64,000 nucleotides of DNA from an uncultured Pseudobdellovibrionaceae bacterium (GCA_964628445.1 CAZVOP010000002.1:20421-84420); one strand, 5' to 3'. Positions 19,215-29,955 are shown, numbered from the stretch's first letter. Notes: a model not told the origin generated them from the sequence alone. Program-made: numbers and translations.

Positions 19215-19472
19215 ATGGCTATTGTATGGACAATCATCATCGGTTTTGTGATCGGGCTTGTGGCGCGTTTTCTGCTGCCGGGACGTGATCCCATGGGCTT
19301 CGTATTCACTTGTTTGCTCGGCGTGATCGGCGCGTTGATCGCTCAATTTATGGGCCAAGCCATGGGGCTTTATGGTCCCGGCGAGCCGGCTGGTTTCTTT
19401 GGCTCGGTCATCGGCGCCATGATTTTACTGGTGGTGGCGCGCAGCCTAACCAACAAGCGCGGCGTGATTTGA
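19215..19472 (+). CDS. GlsB/YeaQ/YmgE family stress-response membrane protein
   Basis: MAIVWTIIIGFVIGLVARFLLPGRDPMGFVFTCLLGVIGALIA is typical of the family. GGAGG at 19205-19209 precedes ATG 19215. Confidence 0.85.
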   Translation: MAIVWTIIIGFVIGLVARFLLPGRDPMGFVFTCLLGVIGALIAQFMGQAMGLYGPGEPAGFFGSVIGAMILLVVARSLTNKRGVI

Positions 19473-19493
19473 ATTTTATATTATATCCCCCCG

Positions 19494-19520
19494 GGCCACG
19501 CGCGCTGTGACGGCGTGGCC
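19494..19520 (+). terminator. possible hairpin terminator
   Basis: GGCCACGC (19494-19501) pairs perfectly with GCGTGGCC (19513-19520) around an 11-nt loop. Only a weak T tract (CCCCTTTGG) follows. Confidence 0.35.
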
Positions 19521-19600
19521 GCCCCTTTGGCTTGAAAAATTTCCCCTCCGTCCGCGTGAGTTAACTGCGCTATGTTGCATCTTCTTATCAAGGAGTTCAC

Positions 19601-20959
19601 ATGCGCACGATCGCCCTGGCACTAGCGATTTTATTTTCTGTTTCCAGCCACGCCAATCAAGCCGCCGAGAAAACTTGCGAGCAGCTGATTGCGGATCTTG
19701 CCGGCATCAGCCCCGAAGGCAAAGAACTCGAACGCATTCGAAAAACAAAAAACGATCTTGAGCAGGCGTTAGCCGACGACGTTCGCGCGCAATACCGATT
19801 GCTCGGCGTTTCGCAAATGCGCGCCGTTCAAATTTATGAGCGCGTGCTGTTCTTACTGGCCCGCGGCGATACGCGCGAATTGGTTCCGCTTCTGCGTCCC
19901 TATTTTTCAAACGTCTATGACAACTTTAAAATTTTGCGGGCCGTCGGTAAACAGATCACCGCCTTAAAAGCAGAGCATCCTGTAAAACGCACGGAACTGG
20001 CCGAGCTGGAAAAGCGTTTTGTCCAAGCCAGCAAGCCCTTCGGTGAATACTACGGCGGCTTCGATGCCTTCAGTGGGCTTTTGCAATCGGTTGTCGACGG
20101 CAAAGGCGTGGACGATGCGGCCGACATCGCCTCGGATGGCGACGATACCGGCAAGAACATCCATATGAATCTGACGTCCCAGCCCGCCAAGGCCGCGGCC
20201 AAGCGCGCGCTCAATGTCCTTAAGCCCTCCGCCGATCCCCAATGGCTTCCTCACTTGGCGAAAGAAGACGCCGAGCCTTCCCTCGACGAAATCCGTGCGA
20301 TGTTCAAACACAACATTCATGCCGTGATCGCCAAACTGCAAAAAGATCAAAAAGACCAACAGTACACGCACAATGTCTGGCGTAAAGGTGTGCACTATCT
20401 CGCCAACTTTTATTTAACCCTGACCGATCGCAGTTTTATTCCCGAGCGCTATCGCAAGTGGCTGGTGCGTTTGACCGGCATCGCCTATGACCAAATGATG
20501 ATCGAGCGTTATCTCGATAAAGTTCAAGCGATCGTCGATGTGGCCCGCAACCGTTCTTCCACCGGCAATATCATTTTGAGCGATGACGATGAGACACTGC
20601 AACTGCAGACGCGGCTCTTGATGGAGTTACGGGCGACCGGCGTGGGGGAAGATTTACTCACGACCTTCGCGCGTCTGGGCTATCACACCGACAGCTGGGT
20701 GAATCTTAAAAAGTATGTCGATAAAAAAGCCGAAGAATCCAAGACCGCGACCCAAGCTTACGTGGAACTCGCGGCCAGCATGCGCGATGCTGAACAACGC
20801 AAAGCCGAGCTTGGAACACTGCCGTTTACTTACGATCCGGCGGCACGCCACCAATTGATTTTCGTCAGCATTCAGTTGGCCTGGCTGGCGGGAACCGAGG
20901 AATGGGTGCGCCACTTCGGCATTCCGTGGTCGCATCAAATCGCCAATTATTTATTCTAA
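19601..20959 (+). CDS. hypothetical secreted protein
   Basis: 452 aa. AAGGAG lies before the ATG; signal peptide MRTIALALAILFSVSSHA. No family recognised. Confidence 0.6.
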   Translation: MRTIALALAILFSVSSHANQAAEKTCEQLIADLAGISPEGKELERIRKTKNDLEQALADDVRAQYRLLGVSQMRAVQIYERVLFLLARGDTRELVPLLRPYFSNVYDNFKILRAVGKQITALKAEHPVKRTELAELEKRFVQASKPFGEYYGGFDAFSGLLQSVVDGKGVDDAADIASDGDDTGKNIHMNLTSQPAKAAAKRALNVLKPSADPQWLPHLAKEDAEPSLDEIRAMFKHNIHAVIAKLQKDQKDQQYTHNVWRKGVHYLANFYLTLTDRSFIPERYRKWLVRLTGIAYDQMMIERYLDKVQAIVDVARNRSSTGNIILSDDDETLQLQTRLLMELRATGVGEDLLTTFARLGYHTDSWVNLKKYVDKKAEESKTATQAYVELAASMRDAEQRKAELGTLPFTYDPAARHQLIFVSIQLAWLAGTEEWVRHFGIPWSHQIANYLF

Positions 20960-21078
20960 GAAGTCCACCGTGGCCCGGCGTTACGTGAGTACCGCAGGGG
21001 CCTTTTATAAGCTGACTAAATCTTACAGAATGCCATAATTTCTCGACCCGAACCTGAAATCGCGTTAGCTATCTAGGG

Positions 21079-21750
21079 ATGTTTCACTTTTGCTTCTCCC
21101 TCCTTTCGGCCTTGGTGCTCGCGAGTCCAATCTCCTTCGCGAAGACCGCTTTCGACCAGGCAGCGGTAAACATTCCCCGTTTTCGTATCGTTAATGAAGC
21201 GATCTTCGCGGGAGGCAATCCGGTCTCCAATGCGGACGGCGAAAAAGGTCTCGAAGCCTTGCTCTTTTTGAATGTTTCCACGGTGATCAATCTTCAGGGC
21301 GGCGATATCGATGACAGCTTCACCGGCATCATCGCGGGCCTGCGGCAAAAGGGCGAGTGGCCCGAGGCCATCGCACAAGAGAAAGCTTATTTCGAAAGCC
21401 GTCATAAAACATATTTTAATTTCCCGCTGAATTCTCATGCACCAAAGACGGCGCAAGAAGATCTCGACATCCAAGCCGCGCTCTTGCTCATGAGTGAGGC
21501 GACTCCCGAGCGGCCGCTTTTTATTCATTGCGAACACGGCGCGGACCGCACCGGCTTATTGATCGCGTTGTTTCGGGTTGTTCATCAAGGCTGGAGCCCC
21601 GAAGACGCCCACAAAGAATGGGTGGCCAACGGACACTCCCGTTTAAGTCGGCTTTTCACCGGCCACCTCGACGATTACTTCTATCGCGTGACCGGCTACT
21701 CACCCGTTATGCAAGCAAGCAAAGCTTCTTGCACGCAACTGCTCAATTAA
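21079..21750 (+). CDS. secreted protein tyrosine/dual-specificity phosphatase family protein
   Basis: Signal peptide MFHFCFSLLSALVLASPISFA. The CX5R active-site loop reads IHCEHGADRTG. Confidence 0.75.
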   Translation: MFHFCFSLLSALVLASPISFAKTAFDQAAVNIPRFRIVNEAIFAGGNPVSNADGEKGLEALLFLNVSTVINLQGGDIDDSFTGIIAGLRQKGEWPEAIAQEKAYFESRHKTYFNFPLNSHAPKTAQEDLDIQAALLLMSEATPERPLFIHCEHGADRTGLLIALFRVVHQGWSPEDAHKEWVANGHSRLSRLFTGHLDDYFYRVTGYSPVMQASKASCTQLLN

Positions 21751-21753
21751 AAA

Positions 21754-22020
21754 TCACCCGGCCCGTCGGCGTGGTCCGTTGAAGCGGCTGAAGCCGGTCG
21801 GTGAACTGGTCAAGGGTTTGATCTTTTGCTCGCCTACGGGCATATGGCCTGCCGGCAACATGCCATGCTCTTTTAAGGTCGCCTGCTTTTGTTCCAGCGC
21901 CTTCCACATAAAACCGCGTTTGGAGCCGCGTGCGGCTTTCATCGCGGGCTTTGCTTTCGCCGTGGTCTTCATTTTTGCTTTAGTTTTGGGCTTCGCTTGC
22001 GGCTTCGATTTTTTCGGCAT
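21754..22020 (-). CDS. small Lys/Ala-rich basic protein
   Basis: The ATG at 22020 is preceded by GGAGG. The product begins MPKKSKPQAKPKTKAKMKTTAKAKPAMKAARGSKRG. No family recognised. Confidence 0.55.
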   Translation of the reverse strand: MPKKSKPQAKPKTKAKMKTTAKAKPAMKAARGSKRGFMWKALEQKQATLKEHGMLPAGHMPVGEQKIKPLTSSPTGFSRFNGPRRRAG

Positions 22021-22170
22021 ATGGCCTCCGTATGCATTGCTCTTCGGCGCGGCCCCGATCAAAGTGTAGTCTCAGTTTGAACGTCTTAATTTGAGTGCAA
22101 TCTTTACAGATCGCGTAAGTCCGCAGCCGAATTGACAAATCGCGAGCCCCCTTCATACACTGCCCGCCAA

Positions 22171-24684
22171 ATGAAGATTATCGCACCGATCAGTGGCCAA
22201 ATAATTCCGCTCGAAAAGGTTCCTGATCCCGTTTTCGCACAGAAAATGGTCGGTGATGGAATTGCCATTGACCCCACGGAAAATATTTTGCGTAGCCCGA
22301 TCGACGGCGAGGTGGTTCAGCTTCACCCTTCTCATCATGCGATCAGCGTCCGCGCGGCCGACGGCACGACGATCCTTATGCACATCGGCCTTGAAACGGT
22401 GGCTCTTAAAGGCAAAGGTTTTAGCCCAAAAGTGAAAGTCGGAGATCAGGTCAAAACCGGCCAACCTTTGATCGAATTTGACACCGATGAAATCGCGCAA
22501 GCTGCAAAAAGTCTGATCACTTTGATTCTCTTCACCGGCGAAGCCGGCATCTTCAACCGGGCGCAGGGAACCGTAAAGGCCAACCAAGACACAATCTTCG
22601 AGTTAAAAGCGGAAACTAAGCAAACCCGAACCAACACAAACTCCGCTTCCGCCGCTTCTCCGCAAGTCAAAATCAATTTGCCCACCGGATTTCATGCGCG
22701 TCCTGCCGCCGTGATGGCCGGAATGGCCAAGAATTATAAATCGGAAATCGAAGTCTTAAAGAAGGACAAAAAGGCCAACGCCAAATCCGTCGTCAGCATT
22801 CTTTCTCTCGAGATGGAGTACGGCGACGTGATCCACTTTCAGGCGCAAGGCGAAGATGCCGAGCAAGCGGTGAACGAGCTTGCCGAACTGGTGCAAGATT
22901 TGCGTGAAGCGCACAGCGAACCCGCGCCAAAACCGGCGGCGGCTGAAAAACGCTCAAGCCTTGATCCGAATGTTTTGACCGGTGTCGCGATTTCACCGGG
23001 CCTGGCGATCGGGCGCGTACATCAAATGAAGCCCGAGACCTTCAATGTCCAAGAGAAGTCGACCTCCGCGCCCGATAAAGAAAAATCGCAACTCACGACC
23101 GCTCTCAATGCCGCCACCCGCGAACTCGAAAATTTAATGGAGCAGGTCAAGAGCCAAGCCAACGCCGCGCAAGCCCCGATCTTCGCCGCTCACCTTGAGA
23201 TTTTAGGCGACCCCGACATTTTGCAAATGGCGGCGAAGCTGATCGACCAAGGTAAAAGCGCAGCCTTCGCTTGGCAAAAGACCGTCGAGGATCACGCCGG
23301 GCGTTTAGCGAAGTTAAATAACGAATTGCTTGCGGGCCGCGCCAATGATTTGCGCGATGTCGGCCGCCGGGTCCTTAAACAATTGGCTCCAACCAAAGAA
23401 GCTAAGCCGATCGAGCTCGGCAACAATTCCATCTTGATCGCCGAAAACTTAACGCCTTCTGAAACCGTGCAGATCGACCGTCACAAGGTCGTGGCCTTTT
23501 GCACCACGACCGGCGGCGCGACTTCACACGTGGCGATCCTTGCGCGCTCATTAGGCCTCCCCGCGATCGCCGGCGCCGACGCCAAGGTCTTGGGTATCCC
23601 TGACGGCTCCGAGGTCATCCTCGACGGCGACCAAGGCGAAATCCGTTTGAACCCGTCAGCACAGCAGAAAAAAGAAATTGAACGCCTGCAGGGCGAGCAA
23701 CATCAACGGCGCGAAGCCGCGCTTTCGCTCGCTCATCAACCGGCCCTCACTCGCGACGGTCAACGCATCGAAGTCGCGGCCAATATCGGCAGCGTCGAAG
23801 ACGCTAAGCAAGCGGTCGAGCTCGGCGCCGACGGCGTGGGCCTGCTGCGCTCGGAATTTTTATTTTTGGAACGCGACACCGCGCCAAGCGAAGAAGAACA
23901 GTACCAAGTTTACCAAGACATTGCCGATGCCTTGGGAAACAAACCCTTGGTGATCCGCACCCTGGATGTCGGAGGCGATAAACCTCTTCGCTATTTGCCG
24001 ATGCCGGCCGAAGAAAATCCTTTCCTCGGCGTGCGCGGAATTCGCATCGGATTAGTGCGCCCCGATATTTTGCGCACCCAGTTGCGCGCGATCTTACGTG
24101 TAAAAAGTGAAGGCAAACTGCATGTGATGTTCCCGATGATCTCGACGCTCAATGAATTCCGCGAGGCCAAGGCCATCCTCGAAGACGAGCGGCAAAAATT
24201 AAAAGCCAAGCCCGTCGCCATCGGAGTCATGATCGAAGTCCCCTCCGCCGCTCTGATCGCCGATGTGCTCGCGCAAGAAGTGGATTTTTTCTCGATCGGC
24301 ACCAACGATCTCACCCAGTACACTTTGGCCATGGACCGCGGGCATAAAGATTTGGCCAAGCAAGTGGACGCGCTTCATCCCAGCGTTTTGAAATTGATCG
24401 AGATGACCGCTCAGGCCGGCAACCGCCACGGCAAATGGGTCGGCGTATGTGGAGGATTGGCCAGCGACCTCAATGCGGTCGCGATTCTTTTGGGTCTCGG
24501 CGTGCGTGAGCTCAGTGTCAGCCTGCCTTCGATTCCTCTGGTGAAATCGCGGGTGCGTGAAAGTACTCTCGGTGATGCACAAGGCTTAAGTGAGCACGCT
24601 TTGCTTTTAAAAAGCGGTGATGAAGTCCGCGAGTTGGAAAAAAAATCCCGTGAATCACAAGGAATGAAACATGCCGATCGCTAA
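22171..24684 (+). CDS. PTS multiphosphoryl transfer protein: EIIA(Glc-type)-HPr-Enzyme I fusion
   Basis: EIIA(Glc-type): [19 protein letters not shown]...HPSHHAISV. HPr: [11 protein letters not shown]. Enzyme I: [40 protein letters not shown]. Confidence 0.9.
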   Translation: MKIIAPISGQIIPLEKVPDPVFAQKMVGDGIAIDPTENILRSPIDGEVVQLHPSHHAISVRAADGTTILMHIGLETVALKGKGFSPKVKVGDQVKTGQPLIEFDTDEIAQAAKSLITLILFTGEAGIFNRAQGTVKANQDTIFELKAETKQTRTNTNSASAASPQVKINLPTGFHARPAAVMAGMAKNYKSEIEVLKKDKKANAKSVVSILSLEMEYGDVIHFQAQGEDAEQAVNELAELVQDLREAHSEPAPKPAAAEKRSSLDPNVLTGVAISPGLAIGRVHQMKPETFNVQEKSTSAPDKEKSQLTTALNAATRELENLMEQVKSQANAAQAPIFAAHLEILGDPDILQMAAKLIDQGKSAAFAWQKTVEDHAGRLAKLNNELLAGRANDLRDVGRRVLKQLAPTKEAKPIELGNNSILIAENLTPSETVQIDRHKVVAFCTTTGGATSHVAILARSLGLPAIAGADAKVLGIPDGSEVILDGDQGEIRLNPSAQQKKEIERLQGEQHQRREAALSLAHQPALTRDGQRIEVAANIGSVEDAKQAVELGADGVGLLRSEFLFLERDTAPSEEEQYQVYQDIADALGNKPLVIRTLDVGGDKPLRYLPMPAEENPFLGVRGIRIGLVRPDILRTQLRAILRVKSEGKLHVMFPMISTLNEFREAKAILEDERQKLKAKPVAIGVMIEVPSAALIADVLAQEVDFFSIGTNDLTQYTLAMDRGHKDLAKQVDALHPSVLKLIEMTAQAGNRHGKWVGVCGGLASDLNAVAILLGLGVRELSVSLPSIPLVKSRVRESTLGDAQGLSEHALLLKSGDEVRELEKKSRESQGMKHADR

Positions 24685-26404
24685 AACAATGTTCTCTTAC
24701 TTACAAAAAATCGGCAAAGCCCTGATGCTGCCGGTGGCGGTCTTGCCGGTCGCGGGATTGTTGCTGGGTATCGGCAGCGCGAAATTCATGCTCCTGCCCA
24801 TGGCGCTTTCAAGTATCATGGCCCACAGTGGCGGCGCGATCTTCGGCAATCTTCCGCTCCTTTTCGCGGTGGGCACGGCCCTAGGATTAGCCAATAATGA
24901 CGGCGTCAGCGCCTTAAGCGCGGTCGTCGGCTACGTGGTTTTGTTAGCCACTATGGGGGCTACGGCGAAGGTTGTAGGCATCGACACCAAGGAGATCATG
25001 GGGATCGCCACGGTCGACACCGGGGTCTTCGGCGGTATCTTGGTGGGAATCCTCGCGGCGGTCCTGTTCAATAGGTTTTACCGCATACAGCTTCCTCCTT
25101 ATTTAGGATTTTTCGCCGGCAAGCGCTCGGTGCCGATCCTCACCGCCGGCGCAGCCGTCTTAACGGGCTTGGCTCTGATGGTGATTTGGCCTCCGATCGG
25201 AGGCTCCATCGCCGCATTCTCGAAATGGGCGGCCAGCGAGAATCCCGCCGCAGCCTTCACTCTTTACGGATTTGTCGAGCGCCTGCTTCTCCCCTTCGGC
25301 CTTCACCACATCTGGAATGCTCCGTTCTTCGTCGAAGTCGGCAGCTATACGGATGCCAGCGGCCAAGTTTTAAAAGGTGAGATCGCGCGCTACATCGGCG
25401 GCGATCCCACCGCCGGAAACTTGGCTGGCGGATATTTATTTAAAATGTGGGGGCTCCCCGCCGCCGCAATCGCCATGTGGCGGATGGCAAAGCCTGAGAA
25501 CCGCAAAAAAGTCGGCGGGATCATGATCTCCGCGGCTTTGACCTCGTTCATCACCGGCATTACCGAGCCGATCGAGTTTTCGTTTTTGTTTGTGGCGCCC
25601 CTACTTTATTTCGCCCACGCCGTCTTGTGCGCCTTGGGATTTTATTTGTGTATCGCGCTCGGGATCAAACACGGAATGACGTTCTCGCACGGCTTGATCG
25701 ACTTTATCGTTTTGTATCCGCAATCGCACCGGGCCCTTTGGTTTTTTGTCCTGGGTCCGCTGTGGGCGCTTCTTTATTACGGGATGTTCACGTTTGCGAT
25801 CTCCAAATTCAACTTGCGAACTCCTGGTCGCGAAGACGAAGCCGACGCTTTGGCCGACAACAGCTTGTCCACTTCAGGCTCCGAAAAATCGCGCGACCTT
25901 GTCGCGGCTTTCGGGGGGCGCGAAAATATTTTGAACCTGGATGCCTGCATCACCCGGCTTCGTGTGGTCGTGGCCGACAAGAAAAAGGTTTCCGTCGAAA
26001 AGTTAAAGGCGCTTGGCGCAACCGGCGTGTTGATGGTGGCCGACGGGGTTCAAGCTATCTTCGGGACACAGTCGGAAAACCTGAAGACCGATATGGAAAG
26101 ATATTTGGGCGGCGAAGTGAGTGCGGCACCGGCAATGAAGACGCCGGACTTGCCGGTTCAAGGCGGACCGCCGACCGAGGACGCCAAAGATTTGCTCAAC
26201 GCTCTCGGCGGCGCGGGAAACTTGATTTCGTCAAGGCTTGTCGCCTACACGCGGGTGCGCGTGGAAGTGAAAGACCCCGGAAAACTGAGTGCGGATGGCT
26301 TGAAAGCCGCAGGCGCGCAAGAGATGCAGGAAATTCGTCCTGGCTTGTATCATTTAATTTTGGGTGAAAAAGCCCAGGCGATGGCTGCGGCGTTTAACGC
26401 GTGA
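24671..26404 (+). CDS. PTS EIICB component, glucose/N-acetylglucosamine family, with an extra C-terminal EIIB-like repeat
   Basis: The N-terminus [19 protein letters not shown] and a polytopic EIIC region fit the family. EIIB site [13 protein letters not shown]. The last ~74 aa repeat the EIIB pattern with Ala in place of Cys. It overlaps the upstream gene by 14 nt. Confidence 0.9.
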   Translation: MPIAKTMFSYLQKIGKALMLPVAVLPVAGLLLGIGSAKFMLLPMALSSIMAHSGGAIFGNLPLLFAVGTALGLANNDGVSALSAVVGYVVLLATMGATAKVVGIDTKEIMGIATVDTGVFGGILVGILAAVLFNRFYRIQLPPYLGFFAGKRSVPILTAGAAVLTGLALMVIWPPIGGSIAAFSKWAASENPAAAFTLYGFVERLLLPFGLHHIWNAPFFVEVGSYTDASGQVLKGEIARYIGGDPTAGNLAGGYLFKMWGLPAAAIAMWRMAKPENRKKVGGIMISAALTSFITGITEPIEFSFLFVAPLLYFAHAVLCALGFYLCIALGIKHGMTFSHGLIDFIVLYPQSHRALWFFVLGPLWALLYYGMFTFAISKFNLRTPGREDEADALADNSLSTSGSEKSRDLVAAFGGRENILNLDACITRLRVVVADKKKVSVEKLKALGATGVLMVADGVQAIFGTQSENLKTDMERYLGGEVSAAPAMKTPDLPVQGGPPTEDAKDLLNALGGAGNLISSRLVAYTRVRVEVKDPGKLSADGLKAAGAQEMQEIRPGLYHLILGEKAQAMAAAFNA

Positions 26405-26436
26405 GGGGGCGCGCGCTTTAGGCAAGAAGCCTTCTT

Positions 26437-26985
26437 CTAGTTTTTAATTTCCACTGCACCGTCACGAGCCACTTGGCGTTTGCGCGAACCCGGCACGGAA
26501 AGCTTGTCCACTTTTGGAATGGCACTGCGAAGCGCATCTTCAGAGGCGTAAAATCCCATGTAAGTGTAACGCCTCACGAGTTCAAAGAACTCACGGCCCT
26601 TTTCTTCGCCACGACGACGAAGCTTCTTCACTTCCAAAGCCTGAATGATATCGCGCCGCTGTTCCGGCCGCAGCTTTACAAACTCCTGGCCGTAAAGCCT
26701 GCGCGAGTGATTGTCGATCCACTTCAAACCGGAGTGAAAGCGATCTTGAATCTCGGGATCATAAGTGATTTGGAAATCGATAAACTCATTGGCCTTGGCC
26801 TCACGCGCACCCGGCATTTCATCGTCGTGCAAAATGGTTTCAGTTAAGACTTTAAGAGTTTGAAATTCGGCGGGCTTAAAGATCTTGGGGCGATAGGGCT
26901 TAGCTTTACCCGCAGCAAGGCTGCTCAAGGGAAAGAAGAGCATAAATAAAACCATAAACGTCAAGTGACGCGCCGATCCAGCCAT
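26437..26985 (-). CDS. gluconate 2-dehydrogenase subunit 3-like family protein (orphan)
   Basis: ATG 26985 follows AGGAAAGGGGGAAGGA; signal peptide MAGSARHLTFMVLFMLFFPLSSLAA. The segment ETILHDDEMPGAREAKANEFIDFQI resembles that family. There is no GMC oxidoreductase partner nearby. Confidence 0.5.
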   Translation of the reverse strand: MAGSARHLTFMVLFMLFFPLSSLAAGKAKPYRPKIFKPAEFQTLKVLTETILHDDEMPGAREAKANEFIDFQITYDPEIQDRFHSGLKWIDNHSRRLYGQEFVKLRPEQRRDIIQALEVKKLRRRGEEKGREFFELVRRYTYMGFYASEDALRSAIPKVDKLSVPGSRKRQVARDGAVEIKN

Positions 26986-27058
26986 TCCTTCCCCCTTTCC
27001 TATTTTTAGCAAAGCCCGCAGCGAGTGTACAGTCTACCTTGCGGTGCGCTACATGCGA

Positions 27059-28276
27059 TTAGGTGCTCAGAATTTCCGAGGCGTAGATTTTTCCAAGTTC
27101 TACACCGGGCTGATCAAAGGCGTCTACGTCCATATACTCACCCAATTGCGCAATGACCATCTGCCACAGCATGAAAAGAGCGCCCAAAGTACGCTCGTTC
27201 AAACTTTCGATGGACATTGTGGAATTCGAAATCCCGCTTTCTTGCAAAGATCTCTCAAAAGCTTCGGCTTCGGCATTGAGTACGCGGCCCAAAGAAACCT
27301 GCCGCTCGAAAAACGGCATCTCGGGAAATAACGACGGCTTGAAGACATCGCTCGAATTTTCAACGGCTCTCACGCGCGTGATAAAAATATATTTGTCTCT
27401 CACCGACTCGAGCAACTGTTGCACCAGTGAGTGCTGATCGCGCGGCCCCCGGCAGGCCATCGGCGTGCTGGCGCGTGGAGCCGGAGCGCCCCCGCGGTCC
27501 AATTTTTTACCCAAAGATTCGCCCCACAGTTGCTGCCACCACTCACCCAAAATCCGGGCGCTTTCGGAATAACACCACATCTGCGTGATCCATTCTTGCC
27601 GCTCCCATGACCCTAATATTTCGGCGCTCAACTGTGTGGCCAATTCCTGGTTTTTCAACGCCCAGGCCGCGCCCGCCCGGAATTCAGTCAGCTTCAAGCC
27701 CAAAAGGCCTGCGGGAAACATCCCCGCCGCACTCAACACCGAAAATCGGCCGCCCACATTTTTCGGGATCCACAGCACCGGCAATTTTTCTTTCACCGCC
27801 CACTTTTGCAAGGCGCCCTCACCCGGGCTGGCGATAACCGTGCATTGCGAACTCTTCAGCCAGCCCGGCTCGTTGGCGCTTAAGCGCTCAACCCATGAAA
27901 GGGTTTCGAGCGTGTTTCCGCTTTTTGAAACGATAACCACATGCTTGTCTTTCCATTCCGGCCCTCCGAGCCCGCGCAACTGTTGCCACACGTCGGGATC
28001 GGGAGATTCAAGAAACGTCATGTGCACGGAATTTTGCTGATGCAAGGCTTGGTAAATCACTTGCGTCCCAAGACTCGACCCGCCGATTCCTATAATTAAA
28101 ATTCGTTTGGTCGGGCGACATTGTTTCAGGCGGTCATCGAGCGCCTTCCATTCGGAATCTCGCTCGGTCAACTGCGTGAAACCCGCTTCGGGACGCGTAA
28201 GAACTTTGCGCCAAGCTTCGTCGAGTTTCACCTTGATACGATGGTCGGGGTTTTTGACATTGTGTAAGTGAATCAT
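27059..28276 (-). CDS. pgi: glucose-6-phosphate isomerase
   Basis: Motifs IGIGGSSLG, VSKSGNTLET, GGRFSVLSAAG and DQHS..QQL. 405 aa, the short form. Confidence 0.85.
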   Translation of the reverse strand: MIHLHNVKNPDHRIKVKLDEAWRKVLTRPEAGFTQLTERDSEWKALDDRLKQCRPTKRILIIGIGGSSLGTQVIYQALHQQNSVHMTFLESPDPDVWQQLRGLGGPEWKDKHVVIVSKSGNTLETLSWVERLSANEPGWLKSSQCTVIASPGEGALQKWAVKEKLPVLWIPKNVGGRFSVLSAAGMFPAGLLGLKLTEFRAGAAWALKNQELATQLSAEILGSWERQEWITQMWCYSESARILGEWWQQLWGESLGKKLDRGGAPAPRASTPMACRGPRDQHSLVQQLLESVRDKYIFITRVRAVENSSDVFKPSLFPEMPFFERQVSLGRVLNAEAEAFERSLQESGISNSTMSIESLNERTLGALFMLWQMVIAQLGEYMDVDAFDQPGVELGKIYASEILST

Positions 28277-28471
28277 TATTCATAAAAATAGCATCGGCTC
28301 TTTTCTTTGTCAGTCTCAAATTGATGCGTAAAACTAGCAGGCAGTGTTCATGACATTGTCAGAAGCCGTGGGCCGGCTTGCCCTTTAGTGCCTTGGGGGT
28401 GCCATAAGTCCAAGCCGGGTTCTTGCTTTAGCTAAGGACGGGGACCACAACACGAAGAAGGGGTCGCTGTT

Positions 28472-29575
28472 ATGAACTCATACATAAGACGTACATTTTT
28501 GATCGTAACATTAGCCGCGATACCGTCGTTCTGGAATGCTTGCGGCAAGGTCGGTTTTGAATCCGGCAGCGCGAATTACAAAAGCTGCGTCGCCATGGGC
28601 GCCGATCTCTCAAACTGCTTTCATGTCGGCGACGTCACCTACCATGACGTCAGCCAATCGGTCACCGTGACCGCAAATTCCAACGTCGATATTCTTTTCG
28701 TGGTCGACAACTCGGGCTCGATGCAAGAAGAGCAAATCGGCATCGGCAACAAGATCAACGGCTTTCTCGATAAAATCAAAGACTTGAACTGGCAAATCGC
28801 CGTCACTACGACCGATTCCGCATCCGCGACCGTCGCCGGCAACGGCAACGCCCGCAATTGGGGCGACGGACAATTTCGTCCATTCGACTCCGACACCGGC
28901 AATCAATTCATCTTGCGCTCGACGCAAGTGAACGCGATGACCGCACAAACCCAGTTGGCCAACGCCATCAATGTCGGCATTTTAGGAAGCGGCGACGAGC
29001 GCGGGATCAACGCCACCTATCGTGCGATCGAGCGTGCCGCTTCGCCAAGCATCAATAAAGATTTTCTGCGCGCCGACTCGAAACTTGCCGTGGTCTTGAC
29101 TTCCGACGAAGACGAATGCTCCAACGGCTCGAGCAATTGCTCGGGCGGGAACGCTTCGAGAAGCGTTCCGCAGAACGTGTTAAACCTGATCGCCGCCCAA
29201 TACGGAACCGGCAAAGGCTTCTCATTCAACTCGATCATTTATATTCCGGGGGATGCTTCGTGCACGACGGGCGCCAATGCAGGCAACAGCTATAAACAAC
29301 TTTCGACTCTAACCAACGGCGTAGTGGCTTCCGTTTGCTCTTCGGACTTCACGACTCCGCTCGCCAATATCGGTAGTCGCGTGGTCAATTTGGTGAATTC
29401 GGCGACCTTAAGTTGCACGCCCGAAGACATCAACAACGACGGTAAGCCCGATCTGCAAATCAACCTCGCCGATGGCACCGTGGTCACCAGCGGTTACACT
29501 TTGGCCGGCAAACAAGTCAGTTTCTCCAACCCACTGCCCGAGGGCACGCACCGCTTTTTTTATTTCTGTAAATAA
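28472..29575 (+). CDS. lipoprotein with von Willebrand factor A domain
   Basis: Lipobox-like FWNACGK. vWA MIDAS motif DILFVVDNSGSM. A Cys-rich middle region. Confidence 0.75.
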   Translation: MNSYIRRTFLIVTLAAIPSFWNACGKVGFESGSANYKSCVAMGADLSNCFHVGDVTYHDVSQSVTVTANSNVDILFVVDNSGSMQEEQIGIGNKINGFLDKIKDLNWQIAVTTTDSASATVAGNGNARNWGDGQFRPFDSDTGNQFILRSTQVNAMTAQTQLANAINVGILGSGDERGINATYRAIERAASPSINKDFLRADSKLAVVLTSDEDECSNGSSNCSGGNASRSVPQNVLNLIAAQYGTGKGFSFNSIIYIPGDASCTTGANAGNSYKQLSTLTNGVVASVCSSDFTTPLANIGSRVVNLVNSATLSCTPEDINNDGKPDLQINLADGTVVTSGYTLAGKQVSFSNPLPEGTHRFFYFCK

Positions 29576-29593
29576 GAGGCTGGCGGAGGCGGA

Positions 29594-29659
29594 TTAGCCC
29601 GCTCCCAAAACCGACAAAATGCCCAAGCAGATCACAACCGTCCATAAAGAAAAATCCAT
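29594..29659 (-). CDS. candidate 21-aa hydrophobic micro-protein
   Basis: Below the ORF-track cut-off. AGGAGG is followed by a 6-nt spacer and then ATG (complement of 29657-29659). The product is MDFSLWTVVICLGILSVLGAG, then TAA. Confidence 0.3.
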   Translation of the reverse strand: MDFSLWTVVICLGILSVLGAG

Positions 29660-29820
29660 GTTAGGCCTCCTAAGATCTTATAAAAGCAACCCTTGAGCCG
29701 GGCCAGCCACCGTTTAAATGCCGGCAGGACCGCTTGGGTGTGAACCGCCTGCCTTATGTCGAACAAAATACGTCACTTAATGGCTTTCCCTTAAGGCCCG
29801 CCTGCGCTAAGTTATAAGCC

Positions 29821-29955
29821 ATGCAAAACACGCAAACCGCGACCCCCAAAAATACCGAAAGCAAAGAGCAGCTCATCAATCGCCTGCTAAAAAAAGCCAC
29901 GCTGGATTTTAAGTGCTGCGGCGGCCAGGGCAAATGCCGGACGGTCACCAAGTAA
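29821..29955 (+). CDS. candidate 44-aa Cys-rich peptide
   Basis: Below the ORF-track cut-off. The product is MQNTQTATPKNTESKEQLINRLLKKATLDFKCCGGQGKCRTVTK. Its TAA shares one nt with the next ATG (TAATG at 29953-29957). There is no clear SD. Confidence 0.35.
   Translation: MQNTQTATPKNTESKEQLINRLLKKATLDFKCCGGQGKCRTVTK

Noticed and set aside
25627-26367. 246-aa alternative-frame ORF within the PTS EIICB gene
   Set aside because: It is Arg/Gly-rich out-of-frame read-through. The annotated frame contains the EIIC/EIIB motifs.
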